Source: Takakia lepidozioides
Lineage: Eukaryota > Plantae > Bryophyta
Assembly: GCA_030704615.1 (NCBI GenBank)
Contig: CM060731.1
Coordinates: forward strand, 32,488,001-32,552,000
Direction: 5' to 3'
DNA: 64,000 bases
Position 1 is the first letter of the stretch, and every line of letters begins with the position of its first letter. Position numbers and translations under genes: made by a program. Below the pieces are notes generated by a model. The model was not told where the DNA came from and did no database searches. It saw only the letters and a program-made list of their open reading frames with translations. Positions 26,045 to 38,846 of this stretch are shown here, piece by piece.

Positions 26045-27182
26045 AGATATTTGAACGGCGATGGCACTTCAATGTGCCAATTCAGTGGGCTCGTCATCCA
26101 GACTTGAGAGATTACATACACTCTGCTGTCACAAACCTGCACATTTGGATTCAGCAAGTATGATTCCCAACTCAGATTAGATGTAGAGGTTTACTTACTC
26201 TATTTGTTTCCAATTGACCAAGGAGGGAAGGCATTAGGGTCGCGGATGGCGAAAAAAGTAGCGAGCTTGTAACTACATACAAGAAAGTTGACCATGTTTG
26301 TGGTCACTGTTTTGGGTGTGCTCAAACTTTTGTGTAGGGTGTGGTGGAGAAGCTTGCAGTGACAGTTTTGGACAGTAACCAAACACCTGTGGAGAAATTT
26401 GTTTTCAAACTATGTGTGAAGCAGCTTGTCAGTTTACGCTTGCCACTGAATGACCTGGAGTTTGCATTGCGTGCCTTTTTCCTCAAACTATCCGTCTTCA
26501 AGACTCAGCTAAAGCCTTTGCCATCAGGTCTGTTGCCCTGATGAACGCTACAGAGGCTCCAATTTCTTTTGGTAGTTGCCTCGGTGTTGCTGGTAACTTG
26601 GACGGGGTATGGGTGAAGGTATAAGGTCACTTAAAACTTTAAGACGGGTGGCTGGAGACCAAGAGCATCCATGTACACGTTGGTGCCCATGCTTGTGGGC
26701 TTAAGAAAACACAATCTAGAATGATTATATTGTTCTCGTGTGACTGAGCATAGACTTGGGAGTACTGTATGCTAATATCTGGGACTACTTTTCTCTGTGG
26801 AGTTTTAAAAAAGAAGCAGCAGAATGCTTGGGAGTATTACTGGTGCATGTGGAACTGTTCTTCAGTTTGAATACTTTAGCACGACCACTCCAGGAGAGTT
26901 GCTGTGAAGTTTTTTACCAAAGAGGACGTGCAGGGAGAAGGTTGTGCCGGTTTAGTTGGTAACACGAATTTTGCCCTGACAGATTGTTCCTGGGAGATAG
27001 TCGCCTACTTGAAGACAATTCCTGGAGATACCGCGAACAAAGGGCAGTTCTGGATACCATCTGATAGTGAAGAAGTATGGCAGCAACCGCATCTCATGAC
27101 TCCAATGAAGTCAATGTGCAGTGACTTCTTGGACATGCAATTGTACATTGAGCATCCCTCATCTGGAGACGTGATCAGTTGA
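26045..27182 (+). CDS. REV7: REV7/MAD2L2 HORMA-domain subunit of DNA polymerase zeta (exons 26045-26157, 26338-26527, 26983-27182; 5' exon not located)
   Basis: FERR..ARHPDLRDYIHSA, GVVEKLAV..PVEKFVFK..LEFALRAFFLKLSV..LKPLP and CSWEIVAYL..WIP..TPMKSM..QLYIEHPS match plant REV7. Introns are canonical GT-AG and keep frame. Confidence 0.9.
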
Positions 27183-30100
27183 TGGGTTAGCCTGGCTCAG
27201 GTCAAGCCTACATCTGTGTTCAGAATATACTTTAGTACCAAGGTCTTTACGGTGTCTAGTTTTATTGCACTCTTAGCTTGCTTGTGACATAGGGAAGGCT
27301 CAGGAATCCAGGGTCCTGGACTGAGGGAAAAGAATGTTGTAAATACAAATTTTGAGACCAGCTGAGAGGTTTCTTGCGTTTGGCAAACTAGAGATGGATA
27401 GGAGGCTGGATAGGTTAGGTGTAGGTTTTCTAACTTGTTGATATGTGTTGTTAAGGCCGGAAATAGTCAATTGACCCTTTCAGCTTAGCTTGATTTCCTC
27501 GACTCTGAAGAGGCCATCAGTGTAATTTTGAATTAACACGCAAATGAAGGCCTGATTATGGAAGGTATGTAAACGTCTTCCCTCATGATCTTGTTAATTG
27601 TACATGACAAATTTCTTCATTGCTTCTTTTTCTTCTCCATCCAGAAGTGTCCTGGGGCCTACAGAATTTGCCAGACTTCCGGCCAGGCATTCCCAGCCGG
27701 TAGCTTTTGTCAAGTTTTGGTTGAAATCTTCTGCCGTCCCGCCCAATAGGCTCCTGAAACTTTATATAACTTGTGGCTGCATGCGGCTTGGCAACCTGTG
27801 TAAAACCCTTCTGTTACCTTTTTGCAATTTCGTCAATTTCAGTAGCCTGCAGCCCGCAGTTACCTACTCTGTCAGATCCACAGATTCCAGCCGCATACTC
27901 CCCTGCCCAGCTCACATGTGCATGACATTCCAAAATTTCGGGCCATTTTCACTGTTGAAAAAAATATTATAATATTTTTGTGGACTTCAAAATTGTGAGA
28001 CTTCATCAACAAAAATTAAAAAATATGCATGACTTGCTAAGACTGCACATTCACGGCATGCAACTACCTAGAGCATTTGGCCAACCCAAGGGCCCCAAGG
28101 CCATGCACCAGCAGGGCACAAAAATTTGGATTTGGATAAAAAGCACACCAAGACTTGGGCTCATTTAAGTCAGGGCCCCCACCAGCCTTTCAGGTGGCCC
28201 TCAGGCGACATTTTCCCGTGTAATATGCCTTTTTAGGGGCCAAGTTGTGGCCGGCACAGAAATGCCGCTCTCACCCTCTCTTTCATGCCAGCGGGCCCAC
28301 GTGGCGCCTTCCACAGCCGTCGGGTGGCCTGCCGGCTTGGGTTAGCCCTAAGCTGACATTTCGGCGAGTTTGCCTGCAACTTGTCCAGTCAAGGCCCTAT
28401 AGGTTGTCCCAGGTGTGTTTTTGTTTTCGGCAAATTTTCGCCAAATAGCGACCTCAAAAAATAGAAAAGATAATTCTGTCGCGAATTCCCTGTTTTTTCA
28501 TGGATGAAATCGCCAAATTTCTCTAAGAAAAAACGTATGGATGAATTCACCAAATATGGATGATATGAATGGATGAAAGTACGGATGTGTATAATTCTGT
28601 CCTAATTTGAATGGATGAACGGAATATATGTCTATGTTTGGCAAAACTCTGTAGCCACTCGAGCTATTTCCGAATTAAAAAAACTCTGATTCAGACCCAT
28701 ATTCAATATTTTCTAGAAATCGCAATTTTTATCAAAATGCAGATTTTGTTAATGGAGCAGATGCTCAACAGAAATGCGGAGAAATCATTTTCGGGAGTGG
28801 GGCCCATCAGGATTCATCTGCGAAAAGTAGAGAATTCAGAAGCGCTTGGGAACTAACAATAACCTAGAGTTGTCTGGCTTGCTGTTGTCTGTATGAACTC
28901 GCACCACTATCAACTCCAGCACAGCCAGGTACACGTTGTAAGTACAGTTAGATATTTCCTGCATCATTGGTCTAAAAGCTGGGTTGCGGAGTTTCTGAGT
29001 CAGTCCATCACCAACAATAAGTTATCTCCAACTTTCTGACCTTCTGTTTTTTGTGTCAACTTGCATCACACCTTTCAACCGCCCACACTGTCACACATAA
29101 TATTCATGCTCTACGGCCCGGAGATAACCTGTCACAAGTCACAACACAACTTCGATTCACTCGGAGCAGCACCCTCATCTTCACACTACTCCAGATCTTT
29201 CTTCTGTGTGGCTGCGCGTTATTTGAGCCCTCCGCGATTTTCTGACGATTTTGCGATGAGAGACTAGGACTCATCAGTTATATATATGCAAGACTTCCGC
29301 TCCATTCAAAGTCTGCATTACTGTGCATTGCTCGCCAACCTTCGTTTCGTCCACACAACTCCCCTTTCAGCTCACAACCCGAAATATCCCATTCCCCCCA
29401 CAGACAGACGGCGGAGTCAAACGAACGAAGACGGCAGCAACTAGACGGGAACTTAGTCGAACGAACGAACGAACAGATATGAACGAACGAGCAGAGATGT
29501 GAAAGAATGAGACGTATGGGCGGGAAGGGGCCACATGGCGGATGTTGCATGCCGTAAGGGTCGCAAAGGCGTAGATATTTTAATTGCCTCATTAGCGGCA
29601 ATTGTCCCATATCGTTTGCCCATATTTCACCCGCCGCGCTGTCACGGCGGGCCCCTCGCGGGGCTGCCCAATGCATACTCAGACACGGGCGTGCGCGGAC
29701 GTGGCAGCACACACGATTTGATTTAGGTCTTTTGCGTGGCTGTGGATTTTGCGGCTCAATCTCTTGCGCGCCTCGCATTCGCCTCTCCAATCCGAACGGA
29801 ACGGTCACCCGAGCTGACCCAACCTGACTCCAGCAGCGAGTGGCCCAGGACTTTCCTAGTCGCGGCATGGCCTGGCACTGCGCGTGGCCTTTCCGTGGTG
29901 TACCATCCGGGGCCCGCCACGTGCCGACGCTTCTTGTGGCTCACAGCCCAGCTTTGCGATCTTTAACCCGGCTACCGTTCGCCCGCGCTCATATCTGCGC
30001 CCGCACGTTCCCCACCGCAGGGTTGATATTTTTTTACTTAATAATAATCAAAATAATTAACGACAAATGAAAATGTAATGAAAGATCCAGGGGGCGACAG

Positions 30101-30591
30101 ATAGCGGGGTGGGTACATAAAAGAGGGCTGTGATTGGCGGGCTAATTGTTGAAAAGATTCGATCCTTGCTTGGTTAGGCGGAGATGTGAGTACATATAAG
30201 GCCCCACATCGGTTACGGATTGACCGTGGTTAAGGGTAAGGCAGCTTCGGAGGCGTTCACCCGTCGTCATCTTCAGCTCTGCAGCTATGGGGCCTGCGAG
30301 AGAGTGTGTCAGTGTTGTGTATGGCCAGCGATCGTCGTCCTGTTATTAGATCGTTTAAATTTTTCCTGCGCCTGCCTTGGAGTTGTGGCGGTCAGTAGCT
30401 GATCTTAACAGGAACGAAGGTTTGGAGGATAGTCGTAGGGTTGTTCGCTTTGCTGCGCAGGAGGAGAAGAGGTTTGGTTGGATCAATTTCGTGGTGGAGG
30501 AGTTACTGGAGGCTTCCCTGGGAGGGAGGGGCGTGTGCGGGGGGGATTCCGCTTTCTGTATCGTCTTACGTTCTGTGCGCGGATTGTAAGC

Positions 30592-31725
30592 ATGGGAATA
30601 GGGTGTGAGCTGTGCGGAGAGCGCGCTGCGCTTTTTTGTGAGGCGGATGAGGCATATGTGTGTTGGAGCTGTGATGCGAAAGTGCACAGTGCCAACTTTC
30701 TAGTTGCTAGGCACTTGCGGTCCGTGTTATGCAGAATGTGTAATATGCCTACGCATTGGCGGGCTTCAGGGGCCGATCCCACCCCTCTTACACGCTTGTG
30801 TGTACAATGTTCAGATACTAGCAGCGATAAGGACTTTGGTGAGGATAGCGACGAGATTCAGAGGGTGTCTTGCACGTCCCTTATTTCTGATGAAGAAGAG
30901 TCAAGCTCTTGCTGTCAAAGTATTGGTCGTGAGTGTCTTTCAAAGCACCTAGGTAGCTCGGAGCTAGGGAAATCGGACAGGAAAGCTATTCAACGAGGCC
31001 TGAAAGCGGGGGAGCGACCTGTTCATCGGAGGTACCAGTTTTGTAGGAAACACCTAGTGCTCAAGAACGATCAAGTGGCTCTGAAGGGAAGTCGGACAGT
31101 TGGCGATTTCTATGAGAGTGAATCCGATAAGCTTAGGTGCTGCTCTCCTGCTAGCATCATTCCGACGGACAGGTCCTCCCGCAAGAGAAGATGTCAAGAC
31201 GCTTTTGCAGTTCGTACAGACACCCTTACCCCGGTCTCTTTCATCTCGAAACGACAGCGGTTTACTAATAGAAGATCCCACACCCTGGTGTCCTATGTGT
31301 GTAAACGACAGCGCATTATTGATAGCAGAAGTCTTCTGGTGCAACCTCCTTTGCAGGTTGGTAATGGTAATGACAGGCAACCACCAGCACGGTCACTGTT
31401 GAGGTTGATGAGAGCTCTGGGCAGGTGGCATTGGAATCTCCAGCTTAGCAGCCCTGCTACAGTTCCTCTTGCATTGCACTTGTTTCGGAGAGCGATTTAT
31501 ACGTTGCAACCTTCTCTGACCTCCTCGGGGGAATTGACTCGCAGCACTTTAGCAGCTTGTCTTTGGTTGGCTGCCAAGCTTGACGACGCTCAAACGTTGA
31601 TCCCAAAGGCGTCGGAGGTTGCCTCTAACACAGGAGTGTCAGTTCGGAACTTAGCTCTGGCTGAGCTCCAAGTCCTCAAGCTGTTGGAGTGGAGAACGCT
31701 GGAAGGCCGGTGCAGAGGCCGTTAG
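30592..31725 (+). CDS. Intronless single B-box zinc-finger protein (BBX28-32-like) with a C-terminal cyclin-box-like domain, 377 aa
   Basis: CELCGERAALFCEADEAYVCWSCDAKVHSANFLVARH B-box. C-terminal LAACLWLAAKLDD...LALAELQVLKLLEW resembles cyclin N-box helices 3-5. Confidence 0.85.
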   Translation: MGIGCELCGERAALFCEADEAYVCWSCDAKVHSANFLVARHLRSVLCRMCNMPTHWRASGADPTPLTRLCVQCSDTSSDKDFGEDSDEIQRVSCTSLISDEEESSSCCQSIGRECLSKHLGSSELGKSDRKAIQRGLKAGERPVHRRYQFCRKHLVLKNDQVALKGSRTVGDFYESESDKLRCCSPASIIPTDRSSRKRRCQDAFAVRTDTLTPVSFISKRQRFTNRRSHTLVSYVCKRQRIIDSRSLLVQPPLQVGNGNDRQPPARSLLRLMRALGRWHWNLQLSSPATVPLALHLFRRAIYTLQPSLTSSGELTRSTLAACLWLAAKLDDAQTLIPKASEVASNTGVSVRNLALAELQVLKLLEWRTLEGRCRGR

Positions 31726-32934
31726 GTACTGCAATCCAAGTCGCGTAGATGCAGTTCCTTGGCTTGCTCGCATGTAAATGATGGTTGTATTACACATTTT
31801 GGACACCTAATTATTAGCTGGGGCAACGAATTTCACACCAGAACCTTTCTTCGGTACATTCTGTACATTTTGTTACAAGGGGCTCTTATTCATTTTTTGA
31901 CTACCGACTTGTTGTTTCAGACACCGACCTCTTCTTTATCACGTCTGTCCTCTTCCCTTACTTTCTTTGCGTTGTATCAACTCGGCATCCTGTGCTATGT
32001 GCCTCTCACAGGACTGATTCCATTCGAAGAGAGAATTCTCACGAAGGAGATAGAATTTGATTGAAGGTCGCACTAGCCTCTGTTCCGGTCTGAAGCCCTG
32101 GTAATCCAATGCACTTAGGTGAACCTCAAGATTCTTGGAAACACGATGTCGTGCAAAAGAAGTTCTTTGTGTGGCCACTTCATTTTATTCTACAATGTGA
32201 TCTCTCACAAGGATCTCTCACACTCCCCTCTCCGTCATGTGACATCTTCACTCGTCACCTAAATGCCGTTGTTGATCTGAGAAAAAGCCACTGTCGTGTT
32301 GCTGCGGTCGGTTCCGGTGTTAATCTAAACCCAGGTTTAAGCGATACTTATATTAAATAAGCATTGTCGCGCTGCCGCGAAACAAATGTCACGTTTTCAT
32401 ACAACAACTCTCGTCCTTGCTTTTGGTCTACAATATCTCATCCATACGATGATAGAAATGCCAGGGTAAGATCAAGTCCATGCCTACTACACCTACTACA
32501 CTCTTAGATCCTTCAGTTGCTGCTTTGACAATGAATTGTCGCAAAGCTAACGATAATTAGAAGAAGAAGGATATGGAGAGAGCTGCCCCTCAGTTTGGTC
32601 CCCAATTCCAAGAGAAAATGATCCCCTGATGATCTGCCGCTCAATGGGGTTCTCCATAGTCCTACGTATAATCAAGCCTAGGTTCAGGACTATTGAGAGC
32701 CTCCATCAATGGGCAGCAACCAAAAGAAGGTCTCCAAACAGCAATCCTCCATTGTAGATCTAGAGCCTTACAATTTGGTTGCAGAGGGGGCCACAAAACC
32801 AAGACTTGAAATTAGTTTGGCTACCATGTAAATACATAAAATAAATTGTGATTGTTGTGGTTGCAATGCAACGCATTCCGTCCTAGTAAACTATTGGTTT
32901 TAAGCACATGTTATCATTCGGAAGGGTCCCGCAT

Positions 32935-33276
32935 ACGGAGGTACGAACTTCGGACTCGCTGCCGGCAAACAGCAAGGTGCACCCAGTATTCCATGTCTCC
33001 CTTTTGAAGCCTTACTTCAAAGATGAAGCGCGTCCGAATCGGCATCAAGTGTTGCGTCCACCACCTATGCTGTTGGATCATGAAAATGAACCTGAGTACG
33101 AGGTGGAGGCAATACTTAAGTCGAGGAGGTTCAAGAACCGAGAAACGGAGTATCTCGTCAAATGGAAGGGCTATCATCATGTGGAGGCATCTTGGGTGCG
33201 TGCCTCAGAAATGGGAAACGCATCCGAGGCGGTTGCAGCTTTCGAAGGGCGACCTCAAAAGCGGAAGAAGCGTTGA
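32935..33276 (+). mobile_element. Chromovirus (Ty3/gypsy) integrase C-terminus with chromodomain
   Basis: VHPVFHVSLLKPY and EYEVEAILKSR...YLVKWKGY..EASW, followed by a purine-rich tract GGAGCGTGGGGGAGGAAA at 33293-33310. Confidence 0.85.
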
Positions 33277-33310
33277 TGGGGACATCAACCTTGGAGCGTG
33301 GGGGAGGAAA

Positions 33311-34182
33311 TGCATGCTTAGCCCGGTTTAGCTAGCTCAGGAATCCGATTGCAAAAACTTGTATTGTACAAAAATTTGTTATAAAGGAAATGGGTTCCAA
33401 ATATTGTGCGTCATATTGTGTTTGGAATGGTGATGCATGGTGTGGTTGGCTAGTGTGTAGAATGCATGCTAGCTTACAAAAGTGGGAGAGGTAAATTGGG
33501 TTAATCGTGTGTTTGCGCAGTGCCGAAATCGGGTGACTCCCATCCAAGGGGCAAGGAAACTTGCGCCTTCTTTGGGAGTTCACGTGCTAGTGCGCACCTG
33601 GCGCGTGCGCGTACTATAACTGCGCTACCGAGGGGGTTGCCTTGTAGTGCGGGCTAACGCGGAAGCTACGTGCTTCCGTTCACGTACTATAATCGTGTGG
33701 CCTCGGGACGAAGTCGTAGTGCGGCTTCGGCGTGTTCTCATACCTCAGGCCAGCATTCCAAGGCGGACCCAATTGTAGTGATTGGGGCGCACGGTTGGTT
33801 CAAGGTTATCTTCCTAGTCAAAGAGGGTTCCAGGTGAACCCTTGCTCAAGGTGATGCCAAAAGCGGCATCATGAGCGATCGCAAGCAATGTTGTTGCAGT
33901 AAGGCGATTTGATCCTCGGGGAGGATCGTTCCTTGGCCTTGAAGTAGGCCAAGAAGAGTGCACTGGGAGGAGCTGGAGAGGCTCCACCCTTGGCCGGGAC
34001 TTGGAGGAAGTCGGCCGAACTAGCTAGTGGAGAGTAGAGTCAAGTGTGGGGTTTGGTTCTTTGCTATGGGACGCCATGGTACGGAAACAAACTCCTTGAT
34101 GTGGGACGCCACAACTTGGATGTTCGTTTCTACAAAATGGACAAATCGATGAGGACATCGACTCCCTGTTGGTAGGGGTGTG
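33311..34182 (+). mobile_element. Probable 3' LTR of the chromovirus remnant, cut by a family-A LTR
   Basis: Begins TG immediately after the PPT; no second copy in the window to confirm. Confidence 0.45.
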
Positions 34183-34898
34183 TGTCGCGGCCCTTTGCCT
34201 TGAGGGCAGGGAGGTCGGGACACAAGAGGGGCTGCCCCTGTGGTGGGGGCAGTAGCAGCGATAGGTACGGGGGCTGAAGCACCCTTGAGTGCCCAAGGCA
34301 CTCAAGGAGGCGGAGGCGCTCACTAGGTGGAGCCCCGCACACCGGGTTGCGGTGGGGGTGGCTCCACAAGGGGTGGTGGTAGCTTAGTGGGACTTAGTGG
34401 GGGTGGCATAGGACTCACCATGGGGGTGGAGACCTCGTGGTGGGAGTCTTGGGACTCATCATGGTCCATAGGGGCCGTGGTGAGCGGGCCAAGACTCACC
34501 GCGACTCACCACCGGGAATCGAGGGTCTTCGTGGTGGTTCGCCATAAAATGGCATGGCTGGTTGTGAAACCCCCGCGGACAGCTACAGAAGTATATATAG
34601 GGAGTAGTAACCCCGAGAACGGTGCAAGCCCGTTGGTGACCAAAAACTAGTGAGTAAGCGAGCGAGCCGGAAAGCGACCAAAGAGTGGGGAGTTGTTCCG
34701 GACTGCCATCTACCAAAGGGAATTCTCCTAGTCCCAATTAGGTGGAGGGTTTTAGAGGGAAGCGAAGGGGGACCGTTATGTCCCGGTGAGCAGCCGAAGC
34801 TCCAAGTTGGCCCGGCGACCAGGTTGGGAGTCAGGCGCGCGCATCAAAGCGAGTAACTATGACTTGAAGGGGAGTTTACCGAAGTGAGGTGCTCGACA
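34183..34898. mobile_element. Family-A LTR (716 bp)
   Basis: TGTCGCGG...GCTCGACA termini; aligns along its length with 47485-48209. Flanks GTGTG and CAAAG do not form a TSD. Confidence 0.9.
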
Positions 34899-37550
34899 CA
34901 AAGCCTGAAACTCCCCCAAGAACTCTCTCCCTTGGTCCGTGAGTACCTCAGCTGGAGCACCGAATCGGCTAAGCACACGATCCAAGAATGCATACGCAGC
35001 CCCCTCACTAGCCTTGTCAGGCAATGGAACCAACTCAATCCACTTGGAGAAGTGCTCCACCATCACCAACACATATCTGTGGTGGCGCATAGTCAGTGGC
35101 AACGGTTATGCGAAGTCAAGACTCCACCTGTAGCCCAATCCCATGATTGGTAAAGGATGCAACTATGGTGTAGGGGCGTTGAATGAAGCACGCACCCTGT
35201 CACACACCATGCACCTAGCCACGAACTGTTGCACCTCTGTATGCATACCACGCCACCAATATTGCCCCTGCAGTAAACTGTGAGTGCGTCGCACTCCAAA
35301 ATGCCCCAACTCCTCATGGGCATGCCGCACTAACCGTGCACGCTGTGTGGGGTGAGGCACAATCCTCACCCGACCATCCTCCCATACTCGGAGCAGGTGT
35401 ATCCCCTCCCACTTGAACCTCTTGACTCGTTGCAGGATCCGATCCCTCTCCTTGGCAGTCACAGTGGCTGCCGTGTCTCCAGTACGGAGGTAGTCCAACA
35501 CAGCCGAATCCTCATGTATATCTCGGGTACCACCTGGCTCATCACTAGCCTCAGGGTCCTCAGACACTCCGTCTACAGTCATCCATCTTGTAGGTCCAAC
35601 CTGACCTCCCGATGCCAAAGATACACAAAAAGGCAGATGCATGCCATCCCGACACCATCTCCTCGTCCGTTTCACCATGCCACCGAGCTCCAGTGTCATC
35701 TTGTTGGCTCGTGCATGGATTGTGACTCAATCCATCCGCATCCCGATTGACCAAACCCGGTCGATGCACAACCTCAAAGTCATACTCCTAGAGTATGAGT
35801 GCCCACCGTGCAAGCTTCCCCGTAAGCTTGTCTGACTCCATCAACCACTTGAGTGGCTGGTGATCCGTGACAAGGGTGATAGATAGCACCTGAAGTGTGC
35901 CACGGCCCACACTGCAGCTAAGCACTCTCCCTCATATGAGCTGTACTTAGCCTCTGCAGCGTTGTTTGAGCGGCTAGCATAAGCCACTACGAACTCTCTT
36001 CCTTCATCATCCACTTGTGTGAGCACCGCTCCAAGCCCCAGCATGCTCCAATCCGTATGTAGCTGAAAGGGACACCCCCTGATAGGTCGTCTCAGGATAG
36101 GCGCCGAGGTCAACCTTGCCTTGAGCTCTTGAAAAGCTTGTTCCTGCTCATCTTCCCACTGCCACTTCTGGTCCACCTTGGTCAGCTTGGTTAGAGTCTT
36201 CGCAATGGCACTAAATCCCTTGACAAACCGTCTATAATAGTTTGTCAACCCCATGAAAGCTTGAACTCGGCTCACATCCGTGGGGCGTGGAATTTGTGCA
36301 ATGGCCTCTACCTTAGTCTGCTATACCCCCAATCCTCCAGGATATATCATGTGACCCAGGTGGCTACCTGGACTTAGAGGGACCTAAGCACTAGCTAGGG
36401 GGGCGATTGTGTAGTGACTGCCATAGTGGCCCGGATGTAACTTCAATCCGTGCACTCTCAAGCGCTCCAATACCACCTGAAGGTGTCTCTCATGCTCCTC
36501 CACCGTAGCACTAAAGATGATGATGTCATCTATGTAGCACCGAGCAAAGTCCACCCCTGCTAGAATCCTATCTATGACTCTCTGAAACTCTACAGGAGCA
36601 TTCTTAAGCCCAAATGGTAAGAACCGCCACTGATATAGGCAATCCTTGCCGTGCTCATTGATCCCCCAGAATGTCGTCTTCTGCTTGTCCGCCTCCTTGA
36701 TCGGCAACTGGTGATATCCGGATCGTAAATCCAAAGTGCTAAAGACCTTAGCATGCCCGATGGCATCAAAGATCTCCTCTGGTGTTGGCATGGCATACTT
36801 ATCGGACTTGGTCTGACGATTTACAGGCCAGTAATCACCGCACATACGTCTCTCCGTCCAATTCCCATAGACATCCTTCTTGGCTGACATCACTGTGGCT
36901 GAAGCACACTCTCCACCAGAGAGCTCCACCAAACCAGCCTCCCAGAGATCTTGACTCCTAATCTGAATCAAAGACCTCTCCATGTCACAGTATCTATAGG
37001 ATCTCCGAAAGATTGGCGTGTCAGTGGCCAACTCAATACGAATCTCCTGACCCTTCAGTGCTCCCAAGTCCTTCAAACTGAAGGCAAAGCAATTCCTGTA
37101 AGCCCTCAGGAACCGCCGTATACGTCGTCTCTCTCCTCCGGTGACAATGGGTCCAATGTCAGGTTCCCAATTGTCCTCCGTAACTGCAACCTTAAGTCCA
37201 GTGGGCTTAGAGGTAGAGGACGCGTCCAATGGTTGCTATGTTGCAACCTCTTGAGAAGTACTTCATATCTGCTCTGTCAATGACAAGGCCTCATCCTGCC
37301 CCATCATCTTATCCTCGAGGACTTCCTCAACCCGAGAAAAATCCCCAACCTCATCTATCACCGCCACCTTGGCTGCCAACTCCCTCTGAACCTCGAGCAC
37401 CTCCCACGAGTGCCATGGATGCATGCACCCCATGGTCCTCTCATGCTCGCCCCCACTCACTGCCTGTACTGTCTCGGTAGGCAGAGAGACCATCGAGGGA
37501 AGTGTACTCCGCACTCTGCGTTGCTCAGCCATAGCCAAACTGATAATTCA

Positions 37551-38495
37551 GGTCAAGCAATTGAGATCCATTGCTTGCCCTAACACATGACGACGTGATG
37601 CCTCAGAAAGAGACAGCACCGCCGTGATACCAATGGTAAAACCCATTGCCCATTCACGCTCGTCAGCATTAGGCTCCACTAACTGCTGCAACTGAGCATC
37701 CCACAGGAGGCCAGGTCCACTATCCCGGAAAGCATGCGATCCTGGGAAGCTGAGCAGTGTAGGTAATGCTGCTTGTGGTTGACCCACCTTGTTGACCACT
37801 GCCAAAGGCGAATGGTCATCATGTCTCACACGCTGAGACTGCCTCCCTGTGTCCAAAATGCTATCCACTGTGAGGTGTGCTGGCCGCTGCACCCCATCAA
37901 ATGCACGCTTGAGCAGTGCGGGTGGCATCAAGTTAGTCCACCATAGCCGTGGACGATGAGCCCGTGACCCCACTGTAGCTGCATCTAGCAACACTGCTGA
38001 CCCAAGCCATGACCGGACTTGATGCACACTGGCCATCACCCTGGCCCGAGAATCGCCCATCAGTGGCACATTCTCAAAGATGTATGTTGGAGATACAGCT
38101 TGATGAAGTTGCAAGTGGTGCAAAACCCGCATCATCTCCCAAAACAAACCCGACCTCGAGTCTCGCAATCCATTGCCATGCCCGGCTGATGAATGCCCTT
38201 GGCAGGGCCAACCTGCCACTACCAGATCAATGGAGCCAACCCACTCCAAATCATGCGCCCCCAGCAACGAAATGTCTGCTGGCAAGGCCTGCTGATATCC
38301 ACAAACTGCAGACACCGGCAATAACTCAGGGTACTGCTGCACCAACTGAGCAACATGACGAAGTGAAACGCGTCATGCAGTCTCATCCCTCTCCACATAT
38401 AGGTAAGGCCGAACTCGTACACCTGCCTATAGCACAGCAGCCAATCCGGTGCTGATCCCGCCAAACAAGTCCAGAAGACAAATACCTTCATCCGG
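37551..38495 (-). pseudogene. C5-cytosine DNA methyltransferase domain (DNMT3/DRM-like motifs, canonical order) inside pol
   Basis: Motif I LDLFGGISTG, IV AGWPCQG, VI IFENV, VIII RPRLWW and IX/X EREWAMGF..RRHVLGQAM. Same reading frame as RT, interrupted only by TAG/TGA stops. Confidence 0.9.
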
Positions 38496-38846
38496 ATACT
38501 ACCACACAATAGGTGTGGTATCCAATGGTGACAACTGAGGTGGTCCTGGTGCAATCCCCGCACTCTCCTCATCTCTTGATGGTACAAAAGCCTTCACCCA
38601 GGCTTGTTGCACCCGTCGATTAGCAACCCGCTGTAAATCCTTGCTCGTGCCCCACAATGGAGTCTTAGCAACCATGGCAGGCAACTCCGCCATACCATAC
38701 ATGTCATCCTGCTCTCTTGGAGATGTGTCATCCTCTGAATGAGCATTTCCCTCTAGTAACTCTCCATGCCAAGTCACTACAGCTGTGAATGTTGCTAGTG
38801 TCGGCATCTTGCCCCGTTGGGCAACCGCAACTCCTCTTATGAACAT

